Source of the DNA: Methanotrichaceae archaeon
GTDB taxonomy: Archaea; Halobacteriota; Methanosarcinia; Methanotrichales; Methanotrichaceae
NCBI GenBank assembly: GCA_963803145.1
Contig: CAWDLW010000023.1
Location: 147,953-211,952, forward strand
DNA: 64,000 bases
Direction of reading: 5' to 3'
Of the stretch, positions 62,412 through 64,000 are shown piece after piece. Both the position numbers and the translations under genes were made by a program. How positions within the stretch are numbered: the stretch's first letter is position 1; each line of letters begins with the position of its first letter. The notes beneath the pieces are model-generated. The model had not been told where the DNA came from, did not search any database, and was given only the letters and a program-made list of their open reading frames with translations.

Positions 62412-63671
62412 CTATCCACCCCCTACCGAATGTCTATTCTTCAAGTGATAAAAGGCGTCTACGATAGCAGCCACTCCATCCTTTAATCGCTCATCTTTGG
62501 ATAGATAGAGGAGGTCCCTTTTGACTGGTTTTGATGCAGCTGTAGTGCATTTGTTATCTTGATATAGCTCTTGATTGATCAGCAGATGATAAATTATTGT
62601 GATTAATTTCCGTGCTAAAGCAGTGATCGCTACATTGTAACTCTTTCTGGCCGATAATCTATGGAAGTACCTTGAGAGCTTGTTCTTGTTATTTCTCATC
62701 TTAGCTATCACTTGAGCTATCTCGACAAGCATAGTTCTGAGACTCTTGGACCCCTGTTTCGTAATACCACATTGCTTCTTTTTCCCTGCAGATTCGTGTA
62801 GTCCAGGAACCAATCCACACCATTTAGCGATTTGTTCTGGGGTTTGGAAATCGTGATAGTCACCGATTTCTGCCAAGATGGTCGACCCTGATCTAAAACT
62901 TATTCCTGGAATTGACATAACTATTGCCAGATCTTTAGCGCTTTTCTGAAATTTGCTAAGCACTTCAAGACTTGTTTTATCTATCTTCTTTTTCAGAAGA
63001 TCAAGGAGCTCTAGATTATCCTTAACAAGCATTCTCGAAGTATCATCAAGACCGTTTGCAAGAGCCGCTTTGATGACGTCTCGCTTTTTCTTGATCTTCT
63101 TTGAAGTGATTCTGTCCAGGATCGAGTCTGCATCCTTGCCTTCAACCAGGCCGTCCAAGATAATCCTGCCTGATTTACCAAAGATGTCTGAAATACAAGA
63201 ACTCAGCTTTATGCCGCAAAGTGCTAGATACTTATGAACTCTGTTTCTAAGTTGAGTTTGAGTCTTTATATATCCTGATCTGGCACGGGTCATCATTCTG
63301 AGGGCTCTATCCTCATTGGAAAAGACTCTTGATCTCTTGATTTTGCCATCCAAGCAGTTACCTGCAATCCTCTTAGCGTCATGAGAATCCGACTTATCCC
63401 CTACAAGTCCTTTGACCATCCATGGATTTGCTACAATTGTATCAATAGAGGGACTCAGGCAATCGTATACTGGAAACCAGTAAACACCTGTAGCTTCGAA
63501 TGCTACTTGCTCGCAATTATTGGCTATGAGCCAATTCCTGAATCTCTCTAGCTCAGAACGAGTCGTGCCAAACTGTTCCTGGATTTCAGTCCCATCTGCA
63601 TCTTCGATCGTGGCTACTATGAGATCTTTATGGACATCTGCTCCGCAAACTCTATCTCTTCGTTTGCCCAT
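62412..63671 (-). CDS. IS110-family transposase/recombinase
   Basis: DEDD residues (GADVHK, FEATG, KSDSHDA); SIPGI, CGLVP...ESAGK catalytic Ser; ALARKL. Confidence 0.95.
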   Translation of the reverse strand: MGKRRDRVCGADVHKDLIVATIEDADGTEIQEQFGTTRSELERFRNWLIANNCEQVAFEATGVYWFPVYDCLSPSIDTIVANPWMVKGLVGDKSDSHDAKRIAGNCLDGKIKRSRVFSNEDRALRMMTRARSGYIKTQTQLRNRVHKYLALCGIKLSSCISDIFGKSGRIILDGLVEGKDADSILDRITSKKIKKKRDVIKAALANGLDDTSRMLVKDNLELLDLLKKKIDKTSLEVLSKFQKSAKDLAIVMSIPGISFRSGSTILAEIGDYHDFQTPEQIAKWCGLVPGLHESAGKKKQCGITKQGSKSLRTMLVEIAQVIAKMRNNKNKLSRYFHRLSARKSYNVAITALARKLITIIYHLLINQELYQDNKCTTAASKPVKRDLLYLSKDERLKDGVAAIVDAFYHLKNRHSVGGG

Positions 63672-63679
63672 ATATGTCG

Positions 63680-63863
63680 CTATCCTGATATGGGCAGATG
63701 ATTAAGATTAAACCCTCATAAGGGGCAATTTCCCATACGCGTTCAACGACGCAGCCCCGTATTCGCGGGATTATTGGCCAGTTTTAGCCGCGAGATCATG
63801 ATCTCAAAATTAAAGCTGCCTTCACTGCCCATATCAGACTAAACATAGTTGGCCATGAATGTG
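63680..63863 (-). ncRNA. candidate IS110 bridge/seek RNA
   Basis: About 190-nt non-coding end closed by a perfect 13-bp stem (63685-63697/63825-63837) with internal hairpins. Confidence 0.55.
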
Positions 63864-64000
63864 AGGTTTTTCATCCGCCACGTATGACCCTTAAGGATCA
63901 TGGGCGTTTTAGCCCCAGAAGAAAGAGTAGAGCAAATGACCATTTTCATTCTTCGGGTGCGATTCAATCTAACGAACGAAATTTAATCGCAAAGGATACA

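Larger units (their letters stand above)
62373..63881 (-). mobile_element. IS110-family insertion sequence (ends approximate)
   Basis: Transposase flanked by 11-bp inverted repeats ATGAAAAACCT (62377-62387) and AGGTTTTTCAT (63864-63874). Confidence 0.8.

Overview
Archaeal methanogen DNA, most consistent with Methanotrichaceae (Methanothrix-like). This is inferred from mer, a short stand-alone fpoO, the artA-psd-pssA-mptD cluster, the rps19e-rpl39e-rpl31e-eIF6-rpl18a-pfdA-ftsY operon and frequent TTG starts. Core blocks (about 19.9-30.1 kb and 47.3-57.7 kb) alternate with accessory regions. The region at 0-12 kb holds stress/repair genes and many gene fragments. A cluster of secreted peptidases (M23, S10, S9, C45) lies at 13.2-19.8 kb, and an RHH/TPR insert at 30.2-34.9 kb. 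At 37.9-47.1 kb a KaiA-less kaiC-kaiB-kaiB-kaiB locus is followed by two PAS hybrid histidine kinases. After ftsY (57.8-64 kb) there is a structured dispersed repeat, a 162-bp MITE-like element and an intact-looking IS110 with 11-bp subterminal inverted repeats and a structured upstream non-coding end (bridge-RNA candidate). The most notable candidates are the triple-KaiB Kai signalling locus, the repeat family with its adjacent IS110, the peptidase island, two C-rich-loop sRNA candidates and probable ATT/ATA start codons. No rRNA, tRNA or CRISPR array was recognised. All assignments are by eye; no searches were run.
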